From Podarcis filfolensis (taxonomy: Eukaryota), in assembly GCA_964270895.1 (NCBI GenBank), contig OZ185444.1: DNA of 64,000 nt, one strand, 5' to 3'. Made by a program: the position numbers and the translations under genes. Numbering within the stretch: position 1 is the first letter of the stretch; the number at the start of each line of letters is the position of its first letter. The notes beneath the pieces are model-generated. The model saw only the letters and a program-made list of their open reading frames with translations, did not search any database and was not told the DNA's origin. Positions 1 to 15,750 of the stretch are shown here, in pieces.

Positions 1-220
<220 letters not shown>

Positions 221-499
221 TGAGTTCATGCAGCCAAAGGGAAATTGCTCGTTTCTGTGTGGAAAACTTGTGTGCAGTAATGTCTTAGGCAAATATTACT
301 TTCTGGAATCATTTTTTACCAGTTATTCCATCCCTGACTCTCCCTTCTTGCCATGTGTATGTGGCAGTTTAGATAATATATATCATTATTTGTTTTGTTT
401 ACAGACTGTCTTATAACAAAGTTCCCAAATAATAATAAAAATAGTTAGTAACAAGAAAGCTAATAAATTATAAAGTACAGCATAAAAACAGGTGCAGAG

Positions 500-1150
500 A
501 GTCAGAACAAAGTCTTCTCCTGGTGCCAAAATGGCATTATGGTAGGCACTAAGTGAGCATTTCTGGGGAAGACAATCCATAGTTGAGGCACCATCACTCA
601 AAAAGGCCCCCTCTCCCATAGCTACACTTCACTTGGTGTGGGGCATTTGGAGAAGGGCCTCTGAAGATCTCAGGTTTCAGGTAGGTTCTTGTGAAGAGAG
701 GTATCCATCTAACTACAGTCGTACCTTGGTTCTCAAATGGAATCCGTTCCGGAAGTCTGACTTCCGAAAACATTCGAAAACTAAGATGCGGCTTCCGATT
801 GAGTGCAGAAGCTTCCTGCACTCAATTGAAAGCCACAGAAGCCACATCGGACATTTGGCTTCCAAAAAAAGTTCACAAACCGGAACACTCACTTCCGGGT
901 TTGTGGCGTTTAGGAGGCAAAATGTTTGAGTCACAAGGTGTTTGAGAACCAAGGTACGACTGTACTCTGATTCCTAGTCATAAAGTGCCTTTAAGATCAA
1001 AACCAGCACCTTGAATTCAATCAGGCTCAGAAATGGACTGAGAATCAGTGAAGCACTGTTGTGATATACCGTACTTGTATTGCCTGGTCCCAGTTAGCCA
1101 TCTTGCAGACGTATTCTGAACTAACTGATATTTCCAGACCATTTTCTATA
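500..1150 (-). mobile_element. Degraded L2-like LINE fragment interrupted by the 716-962 MITE
   Basis: Stretches such as ttaagatcaaaaccagcaccttgaatt resemble reverse-strand squamate L2 3' regions; boundaries approximate. Confidence 0.45.
716..962. mobile_element. Tc1/mariner-superfamily (pogo/Tigger-like) MITE
   Basis: TIRs CAGTCGTACCTTGGTTCTCAAA / TTTGAGAACCAAGGTACGACTG with TA on both sides; sits inside a degraded L2-like fragment. Confidence 0.85.
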
Positions 1151-2193
1151 ATGATCCCACATATAGTGCATTGCAGTAGTCCTCTTTCCCTCCAGCATTT
1201 CATAATCATAAGATATTTTGATGAAGATTCACATGACAATGATGAAGATTCTCATAACCACTTGCGCGGCTCAACTCTATCTTCATTATATGGCTCTTTC
1301 CTTAGGAACCTGTCTATTTTAAGTTCACCACTAGAGGGCTGTCTCCGGGTGCTCTCATTATTATTGCTGCATTTTAGGCACCAGGTTAAAGATTTATTTT
1401 AAACCAGACTTTTAATGAAAATTATTGATGAGTTTTTACCTGCCTTCTCTTTTAGATTCTGTTGAATTTTATTGTGATGTTTTATCTTGTAGTTCTAGTG
1501 GTGTTTTATTAGCTGTCATTAGGGTTCTTATATATTTTGCACTCTTCTTTTATTGTTAGCTGCCTTGCAAATTTTAATTGAAAAGTGTGGTGTAAGTGTT
1601 TAAAACATATAAATAAATTGCACAAGGGCTGAAAGTTATCAAGATAAATTTGAATTCTGCTTTGTGGGATTGGCCTAGTATAAACATTATGATGACCCCA
1701 CCGCAATTCCCCAGAAACCAAGAAGCCTGGTCCCCTTCATCCAAGAATGAGCACACACAATCCAGATTTTCAACCAATCTGGCTTTGATTCCAAACTGTT
1801 TTCCCATCTGTTCTTGTTGGTTTTCACTGAGCTGATCTCTTCAGTGAGGTATTCTGGCTTGCTTTGAACAGCTGTGAGTGTTGTAATGAGGTTGGCTAGA
1901 ATGTAACTTACTGAAGCAGCACCTACTAATTGCTGTATATTTATAACACTTTTTGAAAAGTAATCTTCCCGGCATGCTAGGTGCAGAAGTGGTGGAGGAC
2001 TTGTGTGTTTTTCACATGTGGCCATAAAAATGCTCATTAACTGCGTAGGTCACATTATCATAGGGAAGCTCATGAATGGTTCATTCCTTCACAGGCTGTT
2101 TGGAAAAGGCATGTTTATAGACACCATACAGCCTGCCTGAAGGTGATACCTGATGCAGATGAGCAGTATCTGCTTTGGACAGAAGAAATGTAA

Positions 2194-2460
<267 letters not shown>

Positions 2461-2736
2461 TAGATTCAATGACAGTGTAACATGGTGAATAAAGCTCTTG
2501 TGCCGATAAAAATTATAATAAACATTCATTAAAAGCCAGTTGGAGTTAAAAATAATAATTTTGCAGCATTTTCTAAAAGCCAAAGGTGGGCCTTCTTGGG
2601 GACATGCTTTTCATAACAAAGAGGCCACCTCTGAGAGGTTCTATAGCCTAACATCTCATGGAGATCTTAATACAGGAATGGGCTTGTTATAGGGAGAAGC
2701 ACTCTTGGGAGATGCTGAGGTCAAGTTATTTAGTTA

Positions 2737-3331
2737 CCGTATTTTTCGCCCTATAGGACGCACTTTTCCCCCTCCAAAAATGAAGGGGAAATCTGTGTGC
2801 GTCCTATGGGGCGAATGCAGGCTTTCGCTGAAGCTTGGAGAGCGAGAGGGGTAGGTGCGCACCGACCCCTCTCGCTCTCCAGGCTTCAGGAAGCTATCAG
2901 CAAGCCTGGGGAGCCCGCGGGAGTTCCCGTAGGGCTCCCTAGGCTGCAGATAGCAGCCTGCTTCCCGGAGTGCGGGGCGTGCTGGAAGCAGAGCGCCCGG
3001 CGCTTCGGGAAGACATCCGCAGCCTAGGGAGCCCTGCGGGAGTTCCCGCAGGGCTCCCTAGGCTGCGGGTAGCAGCCTGCTGCATGGAGCGCGGGGCGCG
3101 CTGAAGCAGAGTGCCCCGCGCTTCGGGCAGACATCGGGCAGCCCCACAAGCTCGGGGGACAGCGGGGAGGCGGAGCGCCACCATCCCACTGTTCCCCGAC
3201 CTGGTTTGGATTCCCCGACCTGGTTTTGGGAGGGAAATAAAGGAAAAAATGTTTTCCTTTATTTCCCCCCGCCCCCGAAAAAACTAGGTGCGTCCTATGG
3301 GCCGGTGCGTCCTATGGGACGAAAAATACGG
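2737..3331. mobile_element. CpG-rich Tc2/pogo-like MITE with internal duplications
   Basis: TIRs CCGTATTTTTCGCCCTATAGGACGCAC / GTGCGTCCTATGGGACGAAAAATACGG, TA-flanked; internal ~120-nt duplicated unit with palindromes. Confidence 0.85.
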
Positions 3332-4440
3332 TAACAACGTTGTTGGGGCTACTTCAAACCTATAGAAGCAGCATATGATACAATCTTGGAGGACTGTACC
3401 ATTTTAGACTAATGCTGTGATATCTCATAAAAGACTCCCTGTTGTTAATAATGTGCACAAGAGATGCATTCAAGCATAGATTTCTGGTGTAGAAAGGAGA
3501 TAACATGTAGAAGTATTCAAATCTGCAGTTCCCAACCTGAAGTAGTACAGTTCTTACTAGGGATATGCAGCAGCTTCAGATGAACCCTAAGTTGAATCAG
3601 GGGACTGGGGGTGGGGTGAACTTGCCCTATGCAACCAGGATCTCTGTGAAGCCTCCTGTGTAACAAAACAAAAAAAAGTGATTTCAATGTTACTATACTA
3701 TACTGGTTGCATCCTTCCTGTTCAGCTAGCTAGCTAATGTAAAACAGGCACACCAGAACTTAGTTTGCAAATCACTGTGAGTTCTGTGCTTTTGTTGTGG
3801 GGCATACTAAGGCTTTTTGATTTTCAGATAGTTACAGCTATCCACCAGTACAGGGACAGTTTCAGAGATGACTCAGAAATTGCTATTAGAACATCACACT
3901 CTCACTGGGGATGCCACAAACACCTGCAATATGATTATTCACACTGCAGTATTTTCCTACTTCTCCTCCCCATAATATTTTATATTGCCCCAGGAAAGAG
4001 AGTCTTGGTACTTCATTTGCAGGTATGGTGCTGCTAATGTGCCTGTTCTAGACTGTGCTCATTATGCCTATAAGAGCACATCAGATGTTAACATTAAATC
4101 TACTTTTCAGCTGTGTTCCCAGTCAAATTTTAAACAAGTCCTTAGTGTGTGATATCTATGTCACAGGTGTCACCAGAGAGCCTACAAGACATTTGTAATG
4201 TCAGTTAATGTGCAAAGACAAGCTACTGTACAGATGATGGATAAAGACGCCCGTTCCTGCATGGCAAATGCCAAGGCACTTCCCCTCCATAACCCGCATT
4301 AAGAATGGAAGTTGCAGCACATGTTAGGGAGGGCTTCTTTAAGATAGAATTTTGTGTTCTCTCTAACAGATTTTTTTGCAGGTTTTCTGCAGGCTGTCTA
4401 ACATTGTGTGTCCCCCTATTGGTGGGAATGTGTCATTTAG

Positions 4441-6926
<2,486 letters not shown>

Positions 6927-7946
6927 TAAACCCTTTGTTTCTAGTTTGGTATAAAACAATGCCCCTAGATGGTTCTTGAGAGTAAAGGCATGTCCAATCA
7001 GCCACATTTTATATCCCTGGTTTGGTATTGTAACTTACAGGTAGGATAAAAGTAGATTATCTTTCCCTTCTGTGTTCATTCTGATAAGCCAAATATTCAA
7101 ATGGCAGAGTTGACACTGGTACTGGTCAACCATGTTGGCTCACTAGAGACTAGTGCTTCCTGTGGCTTGGTTTTAAACATCAGAGAGGCAGAAACCACTC
7201 AGTGCCCAAAATTAATGCTTCTGTGCATGTGTGTCTCAAAATTTGGTGGTTTTGGTTGTTATATGTTATTCAGTCAGCATCTATTAATCTTTCAAATTCT
7301 GTGGAAGCTTCCATCAGATGAAAAAGCATCCATAAAGGGGGTGGAGAGAGAGAAAAAGTATGAAAATAAGTTTCTTTCCTCCTCTACTCCCTGAAAAGCC
7401 CCTCTGGAAAATGGGGGCCATTCTGAACTACGTGGGGTGGGGCATGGGAGCTGCAGAGGGGAGGGGAGCATGAGAAGCTTTTCTTCCATGAACTTCCTTA
7501 AATTACCTTAGGCTGCAAACCACTGTATTTTTGAAATTCTCTTATTATATAGTTAATGGCATCTCGCCAGCTCATCTTAATGAGAGGCGAGGTCTGTGTT
7601 AAAATAGAAATGAAATGGTTCAGCAGGTTGCCTAGGAGGGTCCTCAAAGCCATCCCTTTTCATACTTTAATGACCTCCTATGAGAAGGCATTCTTTTCTT
7701 CTCACAATACCAAATTCTTCTCCATGAACATGAAACAGACATTGTTCATTGGAGTTTCAAGATTTGGGGGGGGGGGCAGCGATAATAAAGGAGATAGGGG
7801 AACACCTCTGCGTCATGTTCCTGTCAGAATTGTACCAAGTGCTTGTTGACATGATAAGCTATGCACTAGTCATGGGAGTCTGTAACAGAAAACACCATTC
7901 CATATTTTGCGAACATTTGCATTTCTATTTTTTGCTGAATTATTAG

Positions 7947-8067
7947 GACTGCTAGTCCTGAAAAGAAACAGGAGCCTGAGAAGCCAGCTGTGGAGGGGGA
8001 GACAAAGGAGGAGAAAATTGAACTGAAATCGATCACTGCCGATGGAGAATCTCCACCTTCTAATAAG
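7947..8067 (+). CDS. CACNA1C: Exon 17 (121 nt; II-III loop)
   Basis: tattag|[41 protein letters not shown]|gtctgc. Confidence 0.95.
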
Positions 8068-8187
8068 GTCTGCTGCTTGTTACCTTCCAACTTGCTTTGC
8101 CGAATCATATTTATGAATGACTGAATCAATAAAATGGGATGGATGAATAAAGCAAGCTCTATTATGGTTTTCCCTTCTTTTTGTCAG

Positions 8188-8257
8188 AGCAATGTAGATG
8201 AATATCAGCCTAATGAAAATGAAGAAAAGAATCCTTATCCTACTACAGAGACACCAG
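8188..8257 (+). CDS. CACNA1C: Exon 18 (70 nt; II-III loop)
   Basis: ttgtcag|SNVDEYQPNENEEKNPYPTTETP(G)|gtaatt; preceded by a 120-nt intron. Confidence 0.93.
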
Positions 8258-8439
8258 GTAATTCACTGCTGTGCTCACTTTTTTCCCTCCCACTAGCACA
8301 AGAAGCTGAAACTTAAAACACCGAAGGCAGTTCCAGCTGCATCACAGATAGATCCATATCACCCAATAAAAGATAACCAGCTGATAATTGTACTTGACAG
8401 GATGGAATCATCTCTTTAGTTCTATGGAAATAACAGGTA

Positions 8440-11400
8440 TTTGCCAGATCCAGATGGGAGACATTCCTAGATTGAGATGATGCCTCCTACTGGAGGATCA
8501 GGCAGGGTCATTTCAAGCCTGTTGCCTCCTCTCCAAAGGGAGGGGTCATCTTTCTAGCCAGACCAACCCTGCCTGTGGTTGGTGAAGGCTAGGCTCTTGT
8601 GTACTCTTGCTGTCAGCCAGTTTTTTCTGTCCCTAACGTCTCTCCTTTTCTTGTGGTTCTATTACTTGGATCTATGAGTGTTTTGGTTTTGGTGTTTTCT
8701 CCTCTCTGTGTTTATTTTTCTCTTGACTTTTTTGTTTCTGTTTCTGTCTTTTCCTTCCCTGGTTGTTGTGCTTTCCCTCCTCTCCTCATTGTTGTCCTTT
8801 CTGAGTGGTGTGGAGGAAGGGGAGAATTTCTTTGGATCTGGTGGGTCTTACTAGATCCTGGAAGGCGTTGTACCTCTGATGGGGCAGTCTTTGGGCACTG
8901 GAGTGCGGTGGCATGTCCACTAACAAGCAGGAATGCCGTTTTGTTTTCTCTTGTTGCTTGAAGCAGCTGTTTTCCTCTGTGCCTTTTTCCCCGGATGGTC
9001 CACAATAATCAACCAGCATGGCCATCAGTGTTAGACTACTCCCACTGTCAGGCTGGTGATTGCCCAGTCATTTGGTGGTTCCTGGCATTGTTGTGATCCC
9101 AGCTATATAACTAGCAGGTACACTAGTGCCTGGAAGTAGGGTTGTTACTGCACACTGTTGACAAGTGGTTTAGCATGCTGAAATTGTTTCCCATCTTTTT
9201 CCCCCTGAGGTTATGGGAAACTGTATTTTTGATGGCTTTATCTCTACTTTATGTGGGCTCCTGCTATTATGGTTTCCCAACAGTGGACTTGTCTGACTGT
9301 AGAACTTCCTTGGCTAAGAGGTCTCTGTGTTTGAACCCATCTTTGTAGCTTTAGACCAGCAATGCATACATCATTACTACAGAAACTCCTGGTGTCTTTT
9401 CTTGGGAAGGGAGAATTCCCTTGTTTTTTCTCCTGGGTCAGGAAGTTTACTTTCCAGGAGATTCAGAGAGGTTGAGTATTCCTTGCAGTTTAGTTCTGAG
9501 GGAGGGGAGAGGAAGGATCCCTTCTACGAAGTCTTACAAGCACCATAAGAAGAACGGGGGCAGCAAATTCTAGTTCTGTGGGATCCCCTCCTCCTCCCCT
9601 TTCTTCTAGGGCTGTTTCTTGAAGTCAGTCCAGGTCTCATGCTAGGAAATGTGTGTTGGAGACTGAGGCTGTAGTTGCTGGGACAGCTGGCATAAGAGAG
9701 TCAGGAGCTGCTGGTCCTGAGGCTAGAAGGAAGTATCAGCAGGCAACTCTGGTGGTGAGCTCTGAAGCCCCTTTTTCTTATATGGACCCCCCCATTCCTC
9801 CTGCCCCCCTGAAAGGAAGGGTAGGTGAGGAAGGGCTGGAAGTAGTTCAGTCTGAAAGTATTTGCTTCTGATGTTTTTCTGGCCCTTTTGGCCAAGGCTC
9901 ACAGGGTCCTAGAACTGACTTAGGAAGATCTTCATGTGCAGCCTTTCTCCTCTCAGTCCTTGGATGTGGGTACAAAGAGAGTCTTCCCTACTTCTTTGAA
10001 CAAACTCCTGCATGTATCCAAGAAAAATAGACACCAGAGCCATCTTAGACCTCAGCAGGCTCAGCAAATGTGTGGAGAAGAAATGCTTCAAAATGAAGAC
10101 TTTGAGGTCCATCATGGCAGCACCAAGAAGGGGAGACTGGATGACCTTAACTGATGTCTCCATGTCTCAATCCAACCTTCCACTGGTGGTTTCTCCAGTT
10201 CACCTACAGTCAGGATCTCTACAATTACTGGGCGTTGCCTTTTAGTCTCATTTGGCAATGAGAATCTTCACCAAGGTATTGATAGCACTGGGCCCATTTC
10301 CACACCAGAGGCATTTGCAGTCATCCATATCTGGTCAACATTCTGATCTATACTCCATCTAGGGGACAGGTTCTTCAAGTGACCATGGCAACAGTCTCCT
10401 GCCTGCATGACCTAGGGTTTGTGATTAATGTGAAGAAGAGTGCCCTCTCTCCCACTTAGTATTGGGCACACCTTGGGGTTTGTCTAGACACAAACTAGTT
10501 CTCCATGTGTCTGACATTAGAGTGAGTGGCAGCACTTCATCTTGCCCTGGGCACTGCTTTAGTGGATCTGATAGCTTGGTGTCATGTTTTGACTTTGTGT
10601 CATGGACTCAGTTGCACACTCGGTTACTGCAAAGACCATTAACAGAACCTCACTGCAGTGAGGCATCATTTGCAGGTGGAAATCCTATTGACAGTGAAGA
10701 AAGAACTGGTCTAGTGACTGACTCCATGGCACCTAACTGTGGATGTGTCTCTGGAGGAGCCTTCCCAATTGGCGCTCATGACTTGTATATCTGCAGTTGA
10801 GGAACTTCTCTAGTTAATAAGGCTACTCGAGGTGTGGACCACTGAATAAACACAGTTCAGTATCAATGGAGTTGGACCCAAGCAACTGGAGATGGACATC
10901 TGGGGCCATCGCCTTATGGTCAGGATGGATAAGCCATCTGCCAAAGCTCACATCAGTTATCAGTGAGATGTGAGATTGATGGTGGAGACGGATACACTTC
11001 TGAGATGAGTAGAGCAGCATTTACTCAGCTTGAAGGTAGAACATTTAGCCAGAGTGGACAACCAGACAGCAGACTGGTTGAGCCAGGTATCAACAAGGGA
11101 GGCCAAGTGGCAGTTAAAACCCCTGGTATTTTGTCTAGTAGTGCACTGTTTGGATCAGTCAATAACAGATCAGTTTGCTTCATAGAGCAATGCCCAGCTC
11201 GATACCTTTCTCTTGTTTTCAATCTCTGGGACCATGGGGTGTGGATGCTTTAGAGATTGAGTGGCCTCTGGGGTTGCTATATGCCTTTGCACTGTTTAAT
11301 GCAGAAAATGCTTAAGAAGGATCATCAGTGTAGGCTAAGGTGATCCTGACGGCCACTTACTAGCCAAGAAGGCCTTGGTTTCTGCACCTGGTGAATTTGG

Positions 11401-12790
11401 CAGTGCAGGATCCTTTAATATTGCCAGTTTGGGAGGACTGAGCAGTGTACTGGCTAATCTTGAAGGCCCACCTTTGTCTGCTCACCCTCTTTGTAAAAGA
11501 TTTATTAAAGGTGTGGCACTTGTTGCTCCTCCACTTGTCCATAGATTTTTTTCTTGAAAATTGAATTGGGTGCTCTCAGTTCTTATGGGACCTCTTTGAG
11601 ATGATGGCCACTTGCACTCTGAAATGGTTGACCCTTAAAGTCATATTTTGGGTGGCTATCACCTCAGCCAGATGTATTGGAGCTGGAAGCTGACCCCTCA
11701 ATTTTATTTTACGTCCTGATAAAGTGGTTCTTTGCACAGACCTAGCTCTCACGCCTAAGGTGAACTCCATTTTTCTTAAGTCACAGGAAGTGAACGTATC
11801 TTTGTTTGGTAAGAATCCTTCCTACTCCCAATAATGTGAATAGCATACTTTCCCCATTTTTAACTCAAGAGGTCATTCAATTTCAGGAAGTGTGAGTAGC
11901 TGTTTCTGTCTTATTTGGGCTTCTCTGTTGGGGGGAAAAAGTCTCATCGTCCTCCGTTTCCCTTTGGCTTCAGGAGGCAGTTAGTGAAGTGTATTGTTCA
12001 CTGGGTCAATTGCATCCCAAGTCATCACAGCTTATTCTTTGAGAAGTGCTGCAGTCTTGGTTGCCTTGAAGAGAACTTTTCTGGTGGGGGTATCTGTAGG
12101 ACAGCTATGTGGGCCTCCCTGGCCCTTTCTCTAGACATCACAAAATTATTTGTTTTGTGGTGGCTGACACAAATTTTCATAGGACTGTGTTGCTGAGGCC
12201 TATGATTGAGTAAAGTGATTGGCAGAGGAAGTCCACTCTGGGTTTCTGCTTGCACCTATGTTATATGCCAGTCTAGAAATGCCTTCCATATAGATTTGGC
12301 AAAAACAGAAAATTGTTTTAAAATAAATTTCTGTTTGAAGATCCAGATGGAAGACATTATGCACACCTCTCCTTCCCCTGCTTGCATTTGGCAGGGAGGG
12401 AACTAGGTTATGGATTTGCCTGCTTTGTCACATACTGTTAGGGCTTCCCTTTCCATCTTAGGGCATTATCTTCTGGGGGTGGTGGAGTAAGGGGTTCCTG
12501 TGTTGTTTCTGGCAGTTCAGTTTCTGTTCTTTGTCTATGTCTGGGTTTTTCTGTTTTTTCCTGTGAGTTTTTTTCAGTTAGGCTCAGGGTTTGTGGTTTG
12601 CCAGTCGAACAATCGATTTGGGGTTGAGGAGTTGTCTATGCTTTCTAGAGAGGTGACTCCTCCCCCTGGAGAGGAGGCAAAAGGCTTGAAAGGACCCTTC
12701 CTGATACTCCTGTAGGAGACGTCATCTGAGTCTAAGAATGTCTTCCATCAGGATCTTAAGAAATTCATGGTAAGACAAATTTCCATTTTT
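8440..12790 (+). mobile_element. Decayed full-length DIRS1-like tyrosine-recombinase retrotransposon
   Basis: 112-nt ITRs (8446-8557 vs 12645-12756, 95/112 identical, no gaps); ICR at ~12272-12358; RT remnant RAILDLSRLSKCVEKKCFKMKTLRSIMAAPRRGDW at ~10030-10140; RNase H-like debris ~10700-11150; YR remnants RPDKVVLCTDLALTPKVNSIF at ~11710 and ICRTAMWASL at ~12090. Confidence 0.88.
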
Positions 12791-13997
12791 ATTATACAGT
12801 ATTGTATGTTATAGTCGCGGCTATATGCAATCTGTGTTACAGCTGTGAGCAGCCACTGGTATGTCAGGTTTTACAGCCTCACCAGCTGAAAATTAAGCAG
12901 GTCTGTATATATCTGCTTAATTTACATGTCTTTTCTTGTTTCTCATAGCCAAGGGGATGGAGCAAAAACCTTGCTGCCTACCCACTGGAAAGGCAACTGG
13001 GGGTCTACTCACATGAGCATTGGGTTTGTGGGAAGATAATGTGAATTGCGTTATACACCATGACTCCCTTTCTGCGATGAGCTCGTTGTACATGCCTGAT
13101 ATTGCTCAGTTGCAGGATTTAATGGCTTTCAGCGTTTTTTCATAGGTGCCATTTTAGTGCTACCTAAACACTGGTGTGCCAGCCAGTGGATTAATTCAGC
13201 CACTGTGTACGGAAGTTGTATGAATCATTCCTGAATCAGTATGGTTTAGTGGGCAGGACGTTTGACTCGGAAACATACGCAACTATGAACTTGTTTGGTG
13301 GCCTTGGATAAACCACTGTCTGCAGTAGCAGTTGGTAGGATAGGGTGGGCTGTGCTATTTATCTGGCTTCTCATTACCAGTGTTACTGCTGGTTATCAAG
13401 AAGGAGAGAAGCAAGGCAACAGGGAGGCTGGTGTGGTTCAGGCACAGCAGTGGAAGCACTGTGTCTACACCTCACCGACTTCCTCACTCCCTTCCCCACT
13501 CGATAGCAGGCTGCAACCATAGCACTGGGAAGCAAACAAACAAACAAACACATTTTGGCCCATTACCTCTGACCGCTACTCACTATATGTCTCAGTACTT
13601 TTGACTCCATCTCTGAAATGAGAATGAGAGTGGCTTGCTTTGTAGGGGAGTTTTAAGTATGAATCTTGTCTTTGTACATTATGTATTTTCACCTCTTAAA
13701 AGCTTTAAAGAAAACCTCAATAGTTACCAAAACATATTCTAAGTCTGCCATGCATGAAATATTTGTCTCAAGACCAAACTAGGTGTTACATGCAATTCTG
13801 AGTTATTTCCTTCCGCATTTTTCTTGTTTATTTTTGCTGTTACCAAAACTATGGTGGAAGTCTGGAAAACAGCAGGGAATGGAGAGGTACTCTAACCTTT
13901 TCTCCTCTAACTTCAATTTTCCAGCTTAAAATAATCTCCCTAGGCCACAGCTTCCCCTGCAAGGAAAAACATAATGGGTGGTTTGGAGCTGGAAAAT

Positions 13998-14231
13998 ATA
14001 GAACCAAAGAATTGTAGAGTTAGAAGGGTCCCCAAGAGTCATCTAGTCCAAACCCTTGCAATACAGGAATCTCAGCTAAAGCATCCGTGACTGATGGCTT
14101 TTCAACCTCTGCTTAAAAACCTCTAAGGAAGGAGAGTCTACAACCTCCTGAGGGAGACTGTTCCACTGTCGAGCAGCTCTTACCATCAGAAAGTTTTTCC
14201 TGGTGTTTAGTCAGGATCTCCTTTCTTGTAA
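13998..14231 (-). mobile_element. CR1 LINE 3' end
   Basis: Reverse complement of the CR1 tail (ctagatgac...ccttc(t)aactctac...ttctat); similar to 49995-50205. Confidence 0.85.
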
Positions 14232-14789
14232 ATGATTTAGGGGGTGGGGGTGGCGTTAAACACCAAGGCTGCTTTGTAGTGTGTCCCTAAGATATTTGCT
14301 TCTGAGGCACAGCATCTGGGGAGTTGCCCTATATATTTGCATGTAATTTCCCCAATCATGTATATTTATTCCTGTTTGCGTATCAGCTGTTCTGTGATCA
14401 TTGAACATGTTGGACTCCTTATTAGCAAACCAAACCTGTGGCACTGCAGATGTGAATAATGTTTTCTCATATCACCCATCTGGAACAGCATCTGACTTTA
14501 GACCTCTTCTTGTACTCTGTCTGCATGAAGGTGCTCTTGTTAAGCCAGGCTTTTGCTACATCCAGACAACTCTGGATATCATTATTTTTATCCTGCATCA
14601 GCTATTTCAAAGCATTTTTTAAAATCTCAAGTCTTATTACCAAAGATTCTTTTCCAGATACCACCAGCCAATCTTCTAGAAATCTCTCATAGTCACCAAA
14701 TCCCTCAAATCTGTTATTTTATCTGCTGCTTCAATGAGATCAATTCCTTTCTTCAACAGTGTTTTTCAGCCTGCCCAACCAGATGGAAA

Positions 14790-15148
14790 GAGTACTCAAA
14801 GCACTCTTGGGCTTGCCTATCGGAAGGTTGGCAGTTCGAGTCCACCCAAGAGGGTGAACTCCTGTTGCTCTGTCCCAGCTCCTGCCAATCTAGCAGTTTG
14901 AAAACATTCCAGTGTGAGTAGATAAATAGGTACTACTGTGGCAGGAAGCTAAATGGTGTTTCTGTGCACTCTGGCTTCCATCACGGTGTCCCATTGTGCC
15001 AGAAGCTGTTTAGTCATGCTGACCACATAACCTGGAAAGCTGTCTGCCGACAAACACCAGCTCCTTTGGCCTGAAGTGAGATGAGTGCCGCACCCCATAG
15101 TCAAGTCTGCCTGGACTTAACCATCCAGGGGTCCTTTGCCTTTTACCT
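14790..15148 (+). mobile_element. Sauria SINE (older, diverged copy)
   Basis: tRNA-like head with ggcagttcgagtcc, agtagataaataggtac core, tail ggggtcctttgccttttacct. Confidence 0.85.
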
Positions 15149-15434
15149 GCCCTGCTGAAGTTGTGGATAGACAAGTTTGGTTCACTGGAGTCCTTTGGGG
15201 GGGGGGGTTGTGGTAATGGGAATCCTTACAAATAGGTAATCAGACAGTCTTTGACTATAACTACCTTGCCCATCTGCAAGCTTTTGAGCAGGTTCCCCAT
15301 CTAAATTATGTCCAGGAAGGTGTTTCTCAGTTTCCACTAAATGGCAGCTGATATTCATAGTTCAGCAACAGGACAGATGCTGCATGACATGCTTGCTTGC
15401 CATGGTCAATTATGGGTGCTTTGTTGTTGCAATA

Positions 15435-15750
15435 GCTTCTTCTTTCGCAATCACTCGTGGCTGAATAAGATTGTCTTCCATGAACACTGTGTCAACAGTG
15501 GAGGCCAATTCTGGATCCACATGTCCTTCCACAGTGGGGACATAGGTTTTTGGACGAGAGTTGATCACGGTGAGGGTTTGTCAAACATGCCTTCCTCTTA
15601 GCTCGTTTCTCCTTTTCACCCTGAGTTTGTGCTTCTTCAAAGTCCATGACACCTTTGGTAAAGGCTGTTGGTAAAATCTCCCTGAGTGTTAAGATCTGCT
15701 TCAAAGGTGCTGGTCATTGACTTGTCGATTTTGGAGTATATACTGGGAGA
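15435..15750 (-). mobile_element. RTE-clade LINE 3' fragment
   Basis: Minus-strand ORF ends in CPHCGRTCGSRIGLH, an RTE C-terminal Zn motif, followed by a (GAA)-type tail. Confidence 0.75.

Noticed and set aside
13240-13325. tRNA-like A-box sequences (also ~36505, 14820 and 17660)
   Set aside because: These are SINE heads; no cloverleaf or complete tRNA gene.
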